From Selaginella moellendorffii (lineage: Eukaryota; Plantae; Lycopodiophyta), in NCBI RefSeq assembly GCF_000143415.4, contig NW_003314270.1, positions 3,085,478-3,149,477 of the forward strand: DNA of 64,000 nt. Reading direction: 5' to 3'. A program made the translations under genes and the position numbers. The notes under the pieces were generated by a model, which saw only the letters and a program-made list of their open reading frames with translations, made no database searches and was not told where the DNA came from. Of the stretch, positions 38,935 to 50,600 are shown piece after piece (within the stretch, counting starts at the first letter, position 1; every line of letters begins with the position of its first letter).

Positions 38935-41900
38935 ATGGTAAGTCTTTTAGGCCAAGTAGAAAATGGCATGAGGCCACATGCCATTCAGTAGCAACATTGG
39001 CATGCACCGATTGGGCTCTCAAGTGCAGTCCGGTTACAGATGGCGTGTAGCCTCACGCCATCTTAGGATGCAGCCTCAAGACATCTGATGCAATGGTGAA
39101 TGGCGTGTGGCCTCACGTTATTTCCAGCTACTAGCTTTTCATCTGTCAGCTCTAATTGTTGTGCATTTCTGAACAGGCGAGGAATTGCGTTCTTCTTCCA
39201 GCCACTGTCAATGTGGATGCAGAGAAGGGGGAGGAGCTCACCAGTTGGACTTTCGGGATGGAAGGCGAGGATCTGAGGCTGTACAACACAGATGGTGGGA
39301 GAAAAGAATGCATGGGGATCCTCATCCAAGTGACAAACACTCCATGCAGTTCCATGCAAGAATATAGACTGGCACTTGTGGTAGAGACAGCGTCCGCCTT
39401 CAAGATCCACCTTGCACATCCTAGCGGCTTCTCGGAGGGGGGCAGCGGCTATGAGGAATTCCTAGAGGGAGCTAGGGAGAGGTTGTCCAGGAGGCCCACA
39501 ATTTCAAAGACACTGCGGGTCTATGAAGATCACATGGAATTCACGGACCTCACCTACGGCGATGTTCAAAAACTATATTCCAACATTGAGCCGTTGAGAG
39601 TGACTCCAATTCGCGAAGCAAAGGGGAAGGGGGTCGATCTGGAAACTACCTCAAAGCAGAAAAGGGTGGTCAAGCTCAAGCCGACGTCCGACTCTCCTGC
39701 TCCAAAAAAGAAGCTACTCAGTGATGCCATTGCCTCGGGTTCGAACACTACACCCACCAAAAAGAAGAGCCGCAAAGAGCAGAAAGAGCAAGAAGAGGCA
39801 GCAAAAATCGTCGCAGATAATAGTACTTGTTACTATTCCAACAAAGTATATACAATCGACGTGAGCCGTATCGACATCCAAAGCAAATACAACCACAGGC
39901 TAGTATCTGATGAGTGGGTGGAGAAATTGAAGCAGAAGATGCTGGCAAGTCCAGTAACACCCGACATCACAGACGTGATCCCCTACTACCAAAAAATGAA
40001 GGGCGAGATGAGGTTTCCAGACTTGATCAATAGGAAGGTGTTGGACGATCAGAACATCCGGTTCTATGCCGTCTCCGGGCAGCATTCTAGCTTGGCGATG
40101 CAAGAGATAGTTGTGGAATTTATGGTGGGCGAGGAGGTGAAGAAAGTCTTCAAGACAAGAGTTGTCCGCCTGATAAAAGGCAACTCGCCCCTCCGATCTA
40201 TCATATACATCTCCCACGCGCAGAATGTCAAGCAAGAAACGTGCTACAAATCGGGTCTGCACGAGACATTGGCACGAACACGGAAGCTCTGGGTTCAACT
40301 GAAGAAGCCACAAAAACCAGGACAAGGACGTGCACTAGCAACTAGCGCCTGGCAGGTAAGCCTCGTTGTATGTGGCATAACATGTGGCCTCACGCCATTT
40401 CCATTGCAGGAATTCTCGAGTCTTCTCTCGAAAACACTGGGGGTCAATGACACACTCAGCATCCATAACATTCTACTCGCGACAAAAGTTGTTTTTGACA
40501 AATGGGTAGATGTGCTGAGGAGGTACCATGACGGGGAGTTGCCAAACTCAATGGGTGTGGAGGACAGCCGGAAGCCCAATGATTTGAAGCTCAACGCCTT
40601 GCGTTTCTCGCGGTCTCTAGACGACGACGACCTTCTGACAGTGGCTAATGCTCTTCTACGTGGTGAGGTTGTCTTCAACAAGACCAAAATGACTCCCGGC
40701 CATATTGTGACATACGAGGACTTGTGCACGACTCTGAGAGCTCGTGCGCTATTGAAGGATTGGATCTTCGAGCAAGTGGCCGTGGAGAGGGTGAGCATCG
40801 ACACCACGCAAGAGATGATGGAAGCGCTGGAGTTGTCAAATGAAGACATCGACGAGTACGTGAAGGGGGCCCCCAAGTTCATCGATCTGCTGCGGGATGC
40901 CACGAAAAGTAAAGCTGAGAAGTTGGATCAGTATCCAAATTTCATTAAGATTGATGTCGACTGCCGGCTTCAGAAACAGCTCGACCCTGCAGCAGAGGCC
41001 TATCGAGAACCTTACCGGGTATACTTGAATTCGGATGAGGATCAAAGGTGGAGGAGCATCGTTTCCCGCGGAGATGAGCAGGTCAAGAACATCTTTTGTG
41101 TGATGGACTTCACAAACGAGGAGATCACTCATGCAGACGAAGTCAGCTCCATCATTGACTTAATGGTGGGTCTTGCGGAGGTGGAATCTTCAGTCCACTA
41201 TATGATCTATGACTCCGAATCCTATCACAAGTTCTGGAAGTCCTTGAACGAGGTGAAGGCTCGGTTGAAAGGCAAGGAGATGCAGGAGATCCATGGGATA
41301 ATGGCTAAGAAGAAGATACCGACGAATGTCCGCATCTTCACACTCGCCCTTGTTATTGGTCCTGCAGCAGAGTGGGACTGGAGTGACTTCCCAGCTTCGT
41401 TCGACAAGGCCAATCGAATTGATCTGAGGGAGGTCAATTTACCCGTGCCTGAGGAACTGAAGACGGCTATGGAGCTTTCGAATCCAAAGAAAGCTCCAGG
41501 TGCAGCATGGGAAATGCTCAGCTGGGTCTTCAATGCAATAGCGGGTGGGTCACCTGCTTCCGACTCCAAGGGCAAATGCGTTGTCGAGTACAACTGCGGC
41601 GGACTATTCTTTTGAGCCGCACTACTCAAGGGTGTCCCGTGTGTTGCGGTGACAAACTCCATTGAAGAGGTGACTTCAATGGAGCATATAATTACAGTTG
41701 CTAAAGAAAAACAGTATCTTCTCTGCGAACCTGGTGAGTATGCACTTTAAGTTTAAATGTTATCTCACAAGCTCTGTATGCAGGAGCGTGGCCACCCCCA
41801 GATGCTGAAACGGCGTTAACAGCTACTGTTGAAGATACCCATGTTGGGCTGAGCTCACAACCTGCACAAGGTAAGGTCACGTGAGGCCTCACGCCATTTT

Positions 41901-44602
41901 GATTATAGATCGTTGTGAATATTCAGACACGAGGACTGAAAAGCGCACTGGTGGCGCATCGAAGAAGGACAAACAGAAAAGCAATAGGAAAAAAGGAGGT
42001 ACAAATTATATTTGCAATGGCGTGTGGTCTCATGCCATTCCTTGAGGGAGAAACTTCTTCAAAGGCAAAACAGGCAAGCACCAGCCAAGCTCAAACTGAC
42101 AGTGGTCATAAAAAGCGAAAGCACGTTGGACAGTCGTCGAGATCAGAGGCGTTTAATTCGAAAAGGAAGAAGGGCAACGAAAAGATGATAGGTAATGCCT
42201 CGCGGTTATGGCGTGTGTGCTCATGCCATTCATTGCAGATCAAGGGCTGAGTGAAAGCAGGCAGTCACCACCTCATGACTCAGATTCCTATGGCGGACTC
42301 CCCTTCCCCAATCTCAATGGAGAGGTACAATGGATGAGGGAAGCTCTTCAAGTCAGGGCCACGTTTTTCTCATCTCGTCGTCTTCGAAGGGTGCAAGAAT
42401 GTGCAGAAACCATGTTAAGACAGTCGGGTGAGGATACGGTCCTAGGTCACGCACTAAAACAGGCTATGGATGTCTTCTATTCTGAGATGGAGACTCGGCC
42501 AGATGATTTTCCCAAGATGGTCCTGGAAGAACAAGCCATCCAGCCTGAGCAGCCTATGGAAGAAATGCAGGAGGGGGATGAGGAGCCAGAGAAAGATAAT
42601 GAGCAGGAAGAGCAGAAGGACGAAGAGGAGGACAAAGAAGAGGAGGACGAAGAAGAGGAGGACAAAAAAGAGGAGGACGAAGAAGAGGAGGACGAAGAAG
42701 AGGAGGACGAAGAGGACTTGGATGGTCCTCACAATGGTGACGATCACAATAACAACGACGACGATGATGACGACGATGGCCAGCCTGAGGTGGCCAAAGA
42801 GCGGCGGAGGAAGGTCATACAAGACAAACCATCAGGTAAATAATAATACATCCATTCTTAACCTTTTACCATTTCTAACATTGTCCATGTAGGTCGCAGA
42901 GCAAATGGTAAGTAGAGATTATTCAGTTGAATTTACAAACTCTAGCCTTTAGTGTCGAGGAAGGATAGTGCCAAGCAAGGGTCGAAACGTATGTCCAATC
43001 CTTCAGAATCAGCAGTGCGCTCAAGTGATATCGGTCCTAGTTCCTCAATAGCAGTTGATGGTAAATACAGTATAGTCGATTCAATGTGCTAATGAGTTTG
43101 TTTTTAGTAGCACGGGAGGATACCATCTCAATCGAAGGGAGATATTTGGACATGCATATGGATCCGCCAGTGGACTCTACTTGGCTGCAAGAGTCATCAG
43201 AGCTGGTGGAGGCTACTATCCATATCAACGCCAAGCAAGCTGACCACGCTCCACTTGATGCTGCCCATACCACTGAGTCAATCTTGTCCACGTATCCAAC
43301 TGACGGTGACCAGGCGCCATTGGACCCACATGAGGCCACCCCAGCCGCCGAGCCGGTCGTATCCTCATTTCCAACGGACTCAACGTGTGCCCAATCGTCT
43401 GACTACGCGCCGTTGGAACCTCCCTACACCGCCCCTGCTGCCTGTTCGGTCATGTCCACTTTGCCAACGGAGGCACCAGCTGAAATGGCGTGTGATCACA
43501 CGCCATCGGAACCACCCCATGCCACTGTTGAGCCAGTTGTACCAGAGTCTACAGCTGAAATGGCATGTGCCCACACGCCATCGGATGCGATTGACCCCAC
43601 ATTGCAGAGGAGAGTATTTCCGCCCTTCACGTTTCCTCGACCAAAACCCTCTCAACGACCATCGGGAGCAACATTCGCTAATATTGTAGATGGTAAAATT
43701 GACTTGTACCATTTTTTATGCTGACGCATTTAATTTCAGAGTCACGGCGAAGGTACTATATCGTTTTTGATCTGAACGGTGTCCTTTTCTCCCATGAGCA
43801 TGGCTCGTCCTCGAATGTCATTGCACCCTCCAAAGCCTGCGGTCGCAAGTTGGTCAAAAGAGACAGATTCACATTAATCACACGGGAGAAACTGCGGGAT
43901 CTAATAATGACCATGCGACACTTAAAACAGAGGGCCGGGTTCAATTTGCAATTGGGAGTTTGGACATCCATGATGCACCACAATGCATTAACGTTGCTAC
44001 AGATGATGCACGATCAGACGCGAGTAATATTACCATTTGACTTTCTCCTAACGCAGGAGGATTGCTTGACTATGGTCCATGTGAGGGGTAGCAAGCCCAT
44101 CTTCGTCAAGCCAGAGGCTGTAGTGATGAACCGGACTGCTAGCTCAAGTGAAATCCTCATCATCGATGACTCGCCGATTAAAACTGCAGCGAACACGCAC
44201 ACATATGCAGTGCACCCCATCTCTTGCAGTATGGAAACTAGGGAGAAGAAACCGTATGTTCTGGGGGACCTTGCAAAACGGCTTGGAGCGATGGTGATAG
44301 AGAACCGGCCAGTCCAGGAGGTGGCTGCAGAAATCAACCAAATGGCAGATGGAACGGTATATCAGAAGCCATTTGATCGGACAGACACTAGTCATCATTT
44401 ATGGCATGTATATTGTCTAGCCAAGCACTATCCGCATCTCCATAATCTACTCAACCGGATGGGTTCTTCGACCACTGAACATGAGCGTGGACGTATTAGA
44501 GAAGAGATGGCATTACTATTGGGTTTAAATCCTGATAGTGTGGAGAGTGATGAAATTCCAAGATTATTGTATAGGCGTTGGAGGCAAAAAATAACAGTCT
44601 GA
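38935..44602 (+). pseudogene. Transposon cargo gene, predicted 11 exons, about 1,650 aa: ParB-like, degenerate MTase-like, acidic tract, FCP1/NIF HAD phosphatase-like; one premature stop (41613-41615)
   Basis: ATG at 38935 followed by GT-AG introns starting at about 38938, 40356, 41734, 41871, 41999, 42192, 42836, 42908, 43061 and 43693 that join the long ORFs in frame; NIF motifs VFDLNGVL, GVWTS, KPIFVK, IIDDSPIK; copy 2 has CGA at the stop. Confidence 0.7.
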
Positions 44603-45044
44603 GATGGCATGTATTTATTTAAAAATGTAACTTATTATGGCATGGGGTTCCATGCCATTGTATTAATATTAAAAGACAATTCTTTGAGAGGATTTGCATT
44701 ATACTAGAAGTGTTACAGCATGTTATTGGAAGTCTACGAAGTTGTTTTATTAATAATGGGAAAGTAAAGATTGAATGGGGACTTGGGCTCCACCTAGACT
44801 CGGAGCAACTGAGCCAATATTAAAAGGATGGAAAGAAATTGGACGACGATGACAAGGAGAAGAGAGAGGTGAAGCAGTGGCAGGGGGAGGAGAAGTGATT
44901 GAGTAGACATTTCCTTGTTTAAAATAAAATGGCATGTGCCTCAATGCAGTTGAATTTTGTTATATTTATATACTATATAAAGGTTTGGAAACATTATTTT
45001 ACAAGTGGGATAATGACAATTCCCACTTTAACGAAATAGAGCTT

Positions 45045-48000
45045 TTAACTAGATATTCCTTGGAATGACCACCACAAGCTTTGCGGGACAAGAGAATCAT
45101 CTTGAACTCATACTCCATGTCAACATTCACAACTTCTGGAGGGGGACGAATGTCCAAAGAGCGATCCACATCAACATGATATGGTGCTAGTAAACTGACA
45201 TGAAACACATTATAAACATGGGACAACTCATCCGGAAGATCCAACTTATAGGATACATCACCAACTCGCGCCAATACCCAATAGGGTCTGACATATCTCG
45301 GTAATAGTTTCTGAGATAAAGCTCCCTTAATATTCAAGTTCTAGGAAAATAGCCATACCTGATCTCCCACTTGATAGGATACATCCTGACGATACTAATC
45401 TTTATCACGTTGATACCTATCCTAAGCTTTGTCCATCGCCTTAGTAGCTCTAGACCAACCTTGGTGTAGCTACTCCATATAAGTCTCACCACTTGCAATC
45501 TTCGACAACCGATCCATAACCACCATCAAAGTATCATAACCTTCAAACTTTGGCAAGCAAGTGACAAAATGAAGTGTCACACTTTGAAATGGCTATGCCG
45601 GTGCTAGACTACATTGCAACTTTCCAGCCTACTTCTTAGTTCTGTGTTTACATTGCTGGCATATAGGGCAGGAACGGACATAGTTCACTACATCACCTTC
45701 CATACCAGATCAGAAAAATCCCTTTTTCAACGAATCCAAAGTCTTTCAGTTTCCACCATGTCCAGTTGTTGGAACATTATGGTGTTCCCGCAAAAACAAC
45801 TACTGCAGATCCTTAGAGGGAAGATACAATCTTTCTTGCTTATAAAATATAAGCCTATCCCAAACTGAGAAGTGAAGCTTCATATTAGTGTGACTAGCAA
45901 CTTTTGTTGCTTTGCTACCAGGGTTTTGCTTTGACAACTCCACATGGTGTAAGATTGCTTTCACCAACAGATCACTTCCATATGAAGCCCGAACATCCTC
46001 CAACCAATCTGAATTAATTATCGATATTTCCCAGAACTAAGCTTGATGACTCAATGCATCCGGAACAATATTGTCTTTACCATGTTTATATATAATTTCA
46101 ATATTATATCTAGCAAGCTTCTTTTGCCAACGAGCCTACTTTAGCATAGGTTTAGACTTCATAGCAAAGTAGCTTAGTGTGTTACTATTTGTATGAACCT
46201 TGGTGTGTCCACCCAAGTAGTGTCTCCAGTGTTCCAATGCCGACACTATAGCAAACATTTCTTTCTTGTGCGTTGGCCATTTTTGTTGGGTTTCATCCAA
46301 TTTCTTGGAATAGAACGCAATAGGACAACCATGTTGCTTTAGCATAACATCAACCACTTTATCACAATCTTGCCGCAACACAGCACCAATAGCATAGCCA
46401 GATGCATCACAATGCACTTCGAAGGGTTTATCAAGATCCGGAATCTTGAGAACAGGAACTGTAGTCAAAATCTCCTTCAACTGTACAGAAGCACACTAAC
46501 AAGCTGGTGTCAAATGAAATGACTACTCTTTTTATCAAGATCTAGGATCCTAAGAATAGGAATTGTAGTCATGATCTTCTTTAATTGTACAAAAGCACAC
46601 TAACAAACTGGTGTCTAATGAAATGGTATACTACTCTTCGTTAACTCAGTGAATAGAAGACCGATTTTTGCAAAATTGTGGACAAACTTGCGATAATATT
46701 ATGCCAAACTGAGAAAGGAACGAACATCTGATACAGTGGTCAAAACTTCCCAGAACTTCACCACTTCTGTCTTATTTGGATCCACCTCAATTACGCTACC
46801 ACCAACTATATGTCCAAGAAAGTTCACGCACAATTTTCCAAAAGCACATTTAGTTTCTTTAGCATATACTTTGTGTTCACGCAATTTCTGAAACACCATC
46901 TCCAAGTGTTTCAAATGATCTTCCAATGTCTTTCACTAAAAACTAAAATATCATCAATATATAGGACAATAAATATGTCCAAATAATCTCTGAAAATTCT
47001 ATCCATCATAGTGTTTAATGTCGCCGGAGCATTGCATACGGCATGACAAGGAACTCATAAGATCTATACTGAGTTTTAAAGGCTGTCTTCTTTGTTTCAA
47101 ATGATCCTCCAACGTTTTACTGAAAACCAGAATATCGTCGATATATAGGACAACAAATGTGTTTAGATAATCTCGAATATTCTATCCATCATAGTGCTGA
47201 ACATTGCCAGAGTATTGCATAACCCAAATGGCATGACAAGGAACTCATAAGATCCATACTGAGTCTTAAAGGTTGTCTTCTTCACATCTTGATTTGCCAC
47301 CCGTATCTAATGATATCCAGACCGCAAATCAAGTCGCGTAAAATACTCAGCCTTTAAGAGTTGGTCAAATAAGTCATCAATGCGAGGCAAAGGATAACTA
47401 TTTTTTACCGTGATTTTGTTGAGTGCCTGATAGTCAATACACATCCTCATGATTCCATTCTTTTTCATAACAAAAAGGACCGGCACTCCATAAAGTGACT
47501 TGCTATAAGCTCCTTAAATTTAGACTTCCCAGTACTATTCAAACCCAAAGACGCTTAACCCCAAATATCCCAAAACCCTTAACCGATTGGAAAAGGGGGT
47601 GCACTCTTGTTCATGGGCCCTTTCCTTCTATATTTGAACCCCATGAATCGTCTTTTGAGTCATTTTCTTTGGTTGCTTACACTTGTTTGGTCGAATGTGA
47701 CCTTTATCAAAAAGCTTCATGAGTTGCTTCTTGAGTTCAGCCATCTCCTTGATGTTCAATTGATGGATCATCTCTCTAGTCATTCTTTTTGGTTGCTTAC
47801 AATCCACTATGCTTCCCTGCAAGTTCATGCCCTCATAAATGGAAGTTGAGAGGTACAGCTCTCCCAAGAGCCTCGCTCTTTTGACACCCTACCCCTCGGG
47901 TCAAACCCAGTGGGAGCAAACTGAACCAACCAGATGTCAATCAACATGTGGTGTGATTCCCCTAAGCCAACCAACAAAGTCAGACTCGAGACCACTTTGA

Positions 48001-50600
48001 TACCAAATGTAAGCTTCTTGAATTTAGACGTCCCGGGAGGTCACCCAGCCCAGTATTATTCAAACCTAAGGACATTTAATCCCAAATATCCCAAAACCCT
48101 TAACCGATTGGAAAAGAGGGTGCACTCTTGTTCATGGGCCCTTTCCTTCTATATTTGAACCCCATGGATCATCTCTTTAATTGTTCTCTTTAGTTGCTTA
48201 CAATCCACAATGCTTCCCTGCAAGTTCACGCCCTCATAAACGGAAGTTGAGAGCCATAGCTCTCTCTCGAGCCCCGCTCTTTTGAAACCCTACCCCTCGA
48301 GTCTGCCTAGTGGGAGCAAATTGGACCAACTAGATGTCAATTAACATGTGGTGTGATTCCTCTAAGCCAACCAAAAAAGTCAAACCCGAGACTGCTTTGA
48401 TACCAAATGTAAGCTTTTTGAATTTAGACTTCCCGAGAGGTCACCCAGCCCAATATTATTCAAACATAAGGACACTTAACCCCAAATATCCCAAGACCCT
48501 TAACCGATTGGAAAAGGGGGTGCACTCTTGTTCATGGGCCCTTTCCCTCTATATTTGAACCCCATGGATCGTCTCTTGAGTCATTCTCTTTGGTTGCTTA
48601 CACTTGCTTGGTTGAATGTGACCTTTATCAAGAAGCTCCGTGAGTTGCTTTTTGAGTTCAGCCATCTCCTTGATGTTCAATCGATACAGAGCTTTTGTAG
48701 GTGGTTTAGAACCTGGAATAAACTCAATCTGATGATCAACCTCATGGCTAGGAGGTAGCCTTGGTGGCAAATCCTTCGAGAAGATATCCTGATTCCACTC
48801 CAACAACTCCAATATCTTCTTTAGTACAAGATCAACCCTGTCACCAATCTGAACTGAGTCACCCACACCCTCAGCTTCCATCACTTGAACCCAAAAGGTC
48901 TGACATCCCTTCTTAGCTGCTTTTTGAGCAGCTCTCGCAGTCAGGAACTTAGCATCCCAATCCTTTGAAGAGCACTTTTGCAACTGGAAGGACACATCAG
49001 GGACTTCAATGTGATGTGACTTTGTCCAGCACCATAAATCCCTTTTATATATTTGTTAAAGAAATCCATACCAAATACCATTTGAAAATCTAGTATCTTC
49101 AACACTACCAAGTCCACTCTTTCTTTCCACTTGGATATTTTTATTGGAACATCACTCACAAACTTTCTAGCTACTTGCCCACCTTCCACAAACCAGAAGT
49201 GCATAGGCAACATTTTCTTAGCATTCAATCCTAACAACTTAACTAAGTCTTTGGATATCTGCTGTGTGTAGCTCCTGTGTCAATCATCACTCAGATTCAG
49301 TGTCCGCGGACAATGCCTACCAAATACATCAACAGATCAGTGTTTGCATTGACTGTGAGAAAGCTTGAGGAAAGCAACGAAAGTAACTCACCTCCCCTTC
49401 ATCATAGTCTGCATTGACCAACTCGTCAACCCCTTCAACTTCACTACCACCATCTTCCCTCATGACATTAACATGAGACCTTGTCTTATGCTTGTTGGGA
49501 CATTTCGAGAACCTATGTCTTGGGAAGCAATGACCCACACTACCCGTTCCGCTAGGAGCAGGTTTCATAGGTTGTTGTTGCTTGTACCCACCAAGAGGAG
49601 GAACAGAGGGCCTAGGACCAAAAGAAGCTATTGATGGTTTGCAACCACCACCACCACCTTTGTTAACCATTGCTTATGAGCCCCTAGGGGGGAACTTGCT
49701 TTCCACCCTCTGTTTCCGATCACTTTGTTTATTCCCAAAATTCTTATTCTTGTCCGAGGTACCAGCATATGGCTGTTGATATTGTTTCATGAGTGAGTGA
49801 CTAGAGGCAACTTGCTGCGCTGCCTCCTTGCACTCCATATATGTCTTTGGCTTAAACTTTAGAATCTTATTGCGAGAAAGTGAACTTAAACCCTTTAGGA
49901 AATAACTCCAAGCATCTTCATCACTCATATTTGCAATCATAATGCGCTTCTGAGCAAACATATTAATGTAATGCATGAGGTCCCCTCGTTGCTTTAACTA
50001 CCGCAACTCCATGCAAAGTCTCAAACCAAGATCATCCAGCAAGTATTCCTTATGGATACGAGACCGCATTTTGGTCCAACTTCTAGCCTGTCCTTTTTCA
50101 ACACACACCTGGTGCCACCAAGTTTTGGCATAATCGGTGAGAAAGGATTGCATGCACACAACTTTCGTACGATCATCTACATTTGCCGCTATGAAATAAT
50201 TTTCCATATTGTAGACCCAGTCTTCCAAAACTTGATTGTCCCACATGCCTCTAAAATTGAGTGGTTTCGGAGGTTTGAACTTTGAAACTCGTGCAACCAG
50301 GGGTAGTTGTAGAACTTCATTGTCCTAAGAACTTGAAGAGGAGTCTGGTTGCTTAGGCTTATTTGGTTTAGTTGCCTCAGTTTCTTTCTTCCTCTTCTTG
50401 TTCTCCTTCTTCAATTTGCGAATCTCCCTTCGCAAATTCTCGATCTTGACTTCTGAGCCATACGCTGCAATGCCGCAGCATTTGACTCTTCGTCTTATGA
50501 CTCAGCCTTTGCCTCTTCCGCAGCATCTCTAGTAGGAGTTTCCTCTTCTCGATTCACCTGTCTAGAGGTTTCAGCATAATCAGCATGGTTCCATTTCACC
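45045..50600 (-). pseudogene. Chromovirus gag-pol remnants (gag, protease, RT, RNase H, integrase, start of chromodomain)
   Basis: [66 protein letters not shown]; many stops and frameshifts. Confidence 0.9.
47504..48602 (-). mobile_element. Tandem TRIM (Cassandra-like, 5S-bearing 195-bp LTRs) inserted in chromovirus RT
   Basis: TSD GCAAG on the minus strand (47499-47503, 48603-48607); LTRs 48408-48602, 48008-48202, partial 47763-47801 and 47504-47681; PBS TGGTATCAAAG after the LTRs; ~205-bp internal domains; 400-bp period. Confidence 0.88.

Larger units (their letters stand above)
30669..45044. mobile_element. 14.4-kb TIR DNA transposon (Sola-like DDD transposase plus cargo gene), copy 1, complete
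   Basis: Perfect 24-bp TIR AAGCTCTATTTCGTTAAAGTGGGA (30669-30692 / 45021-45044); 4-bp TSD TTAA; removing it restores the host chromodomain EYLVK|WKGYPIYESTWEP. Confidence 0.92.

Noticed and set aside
42454-42892. Hydrophobic (VLLFF)n and basic (RRTKK)n ORFs
   Set aside because: Alternative frames of the acidic-tract exon of the cargo gene
30665-45048. piggyBac assignment from the TTAA duplication
   Set aside because: The termini and transposase motifs are not piggyBac-like, and copy 2 is flanked by GATG
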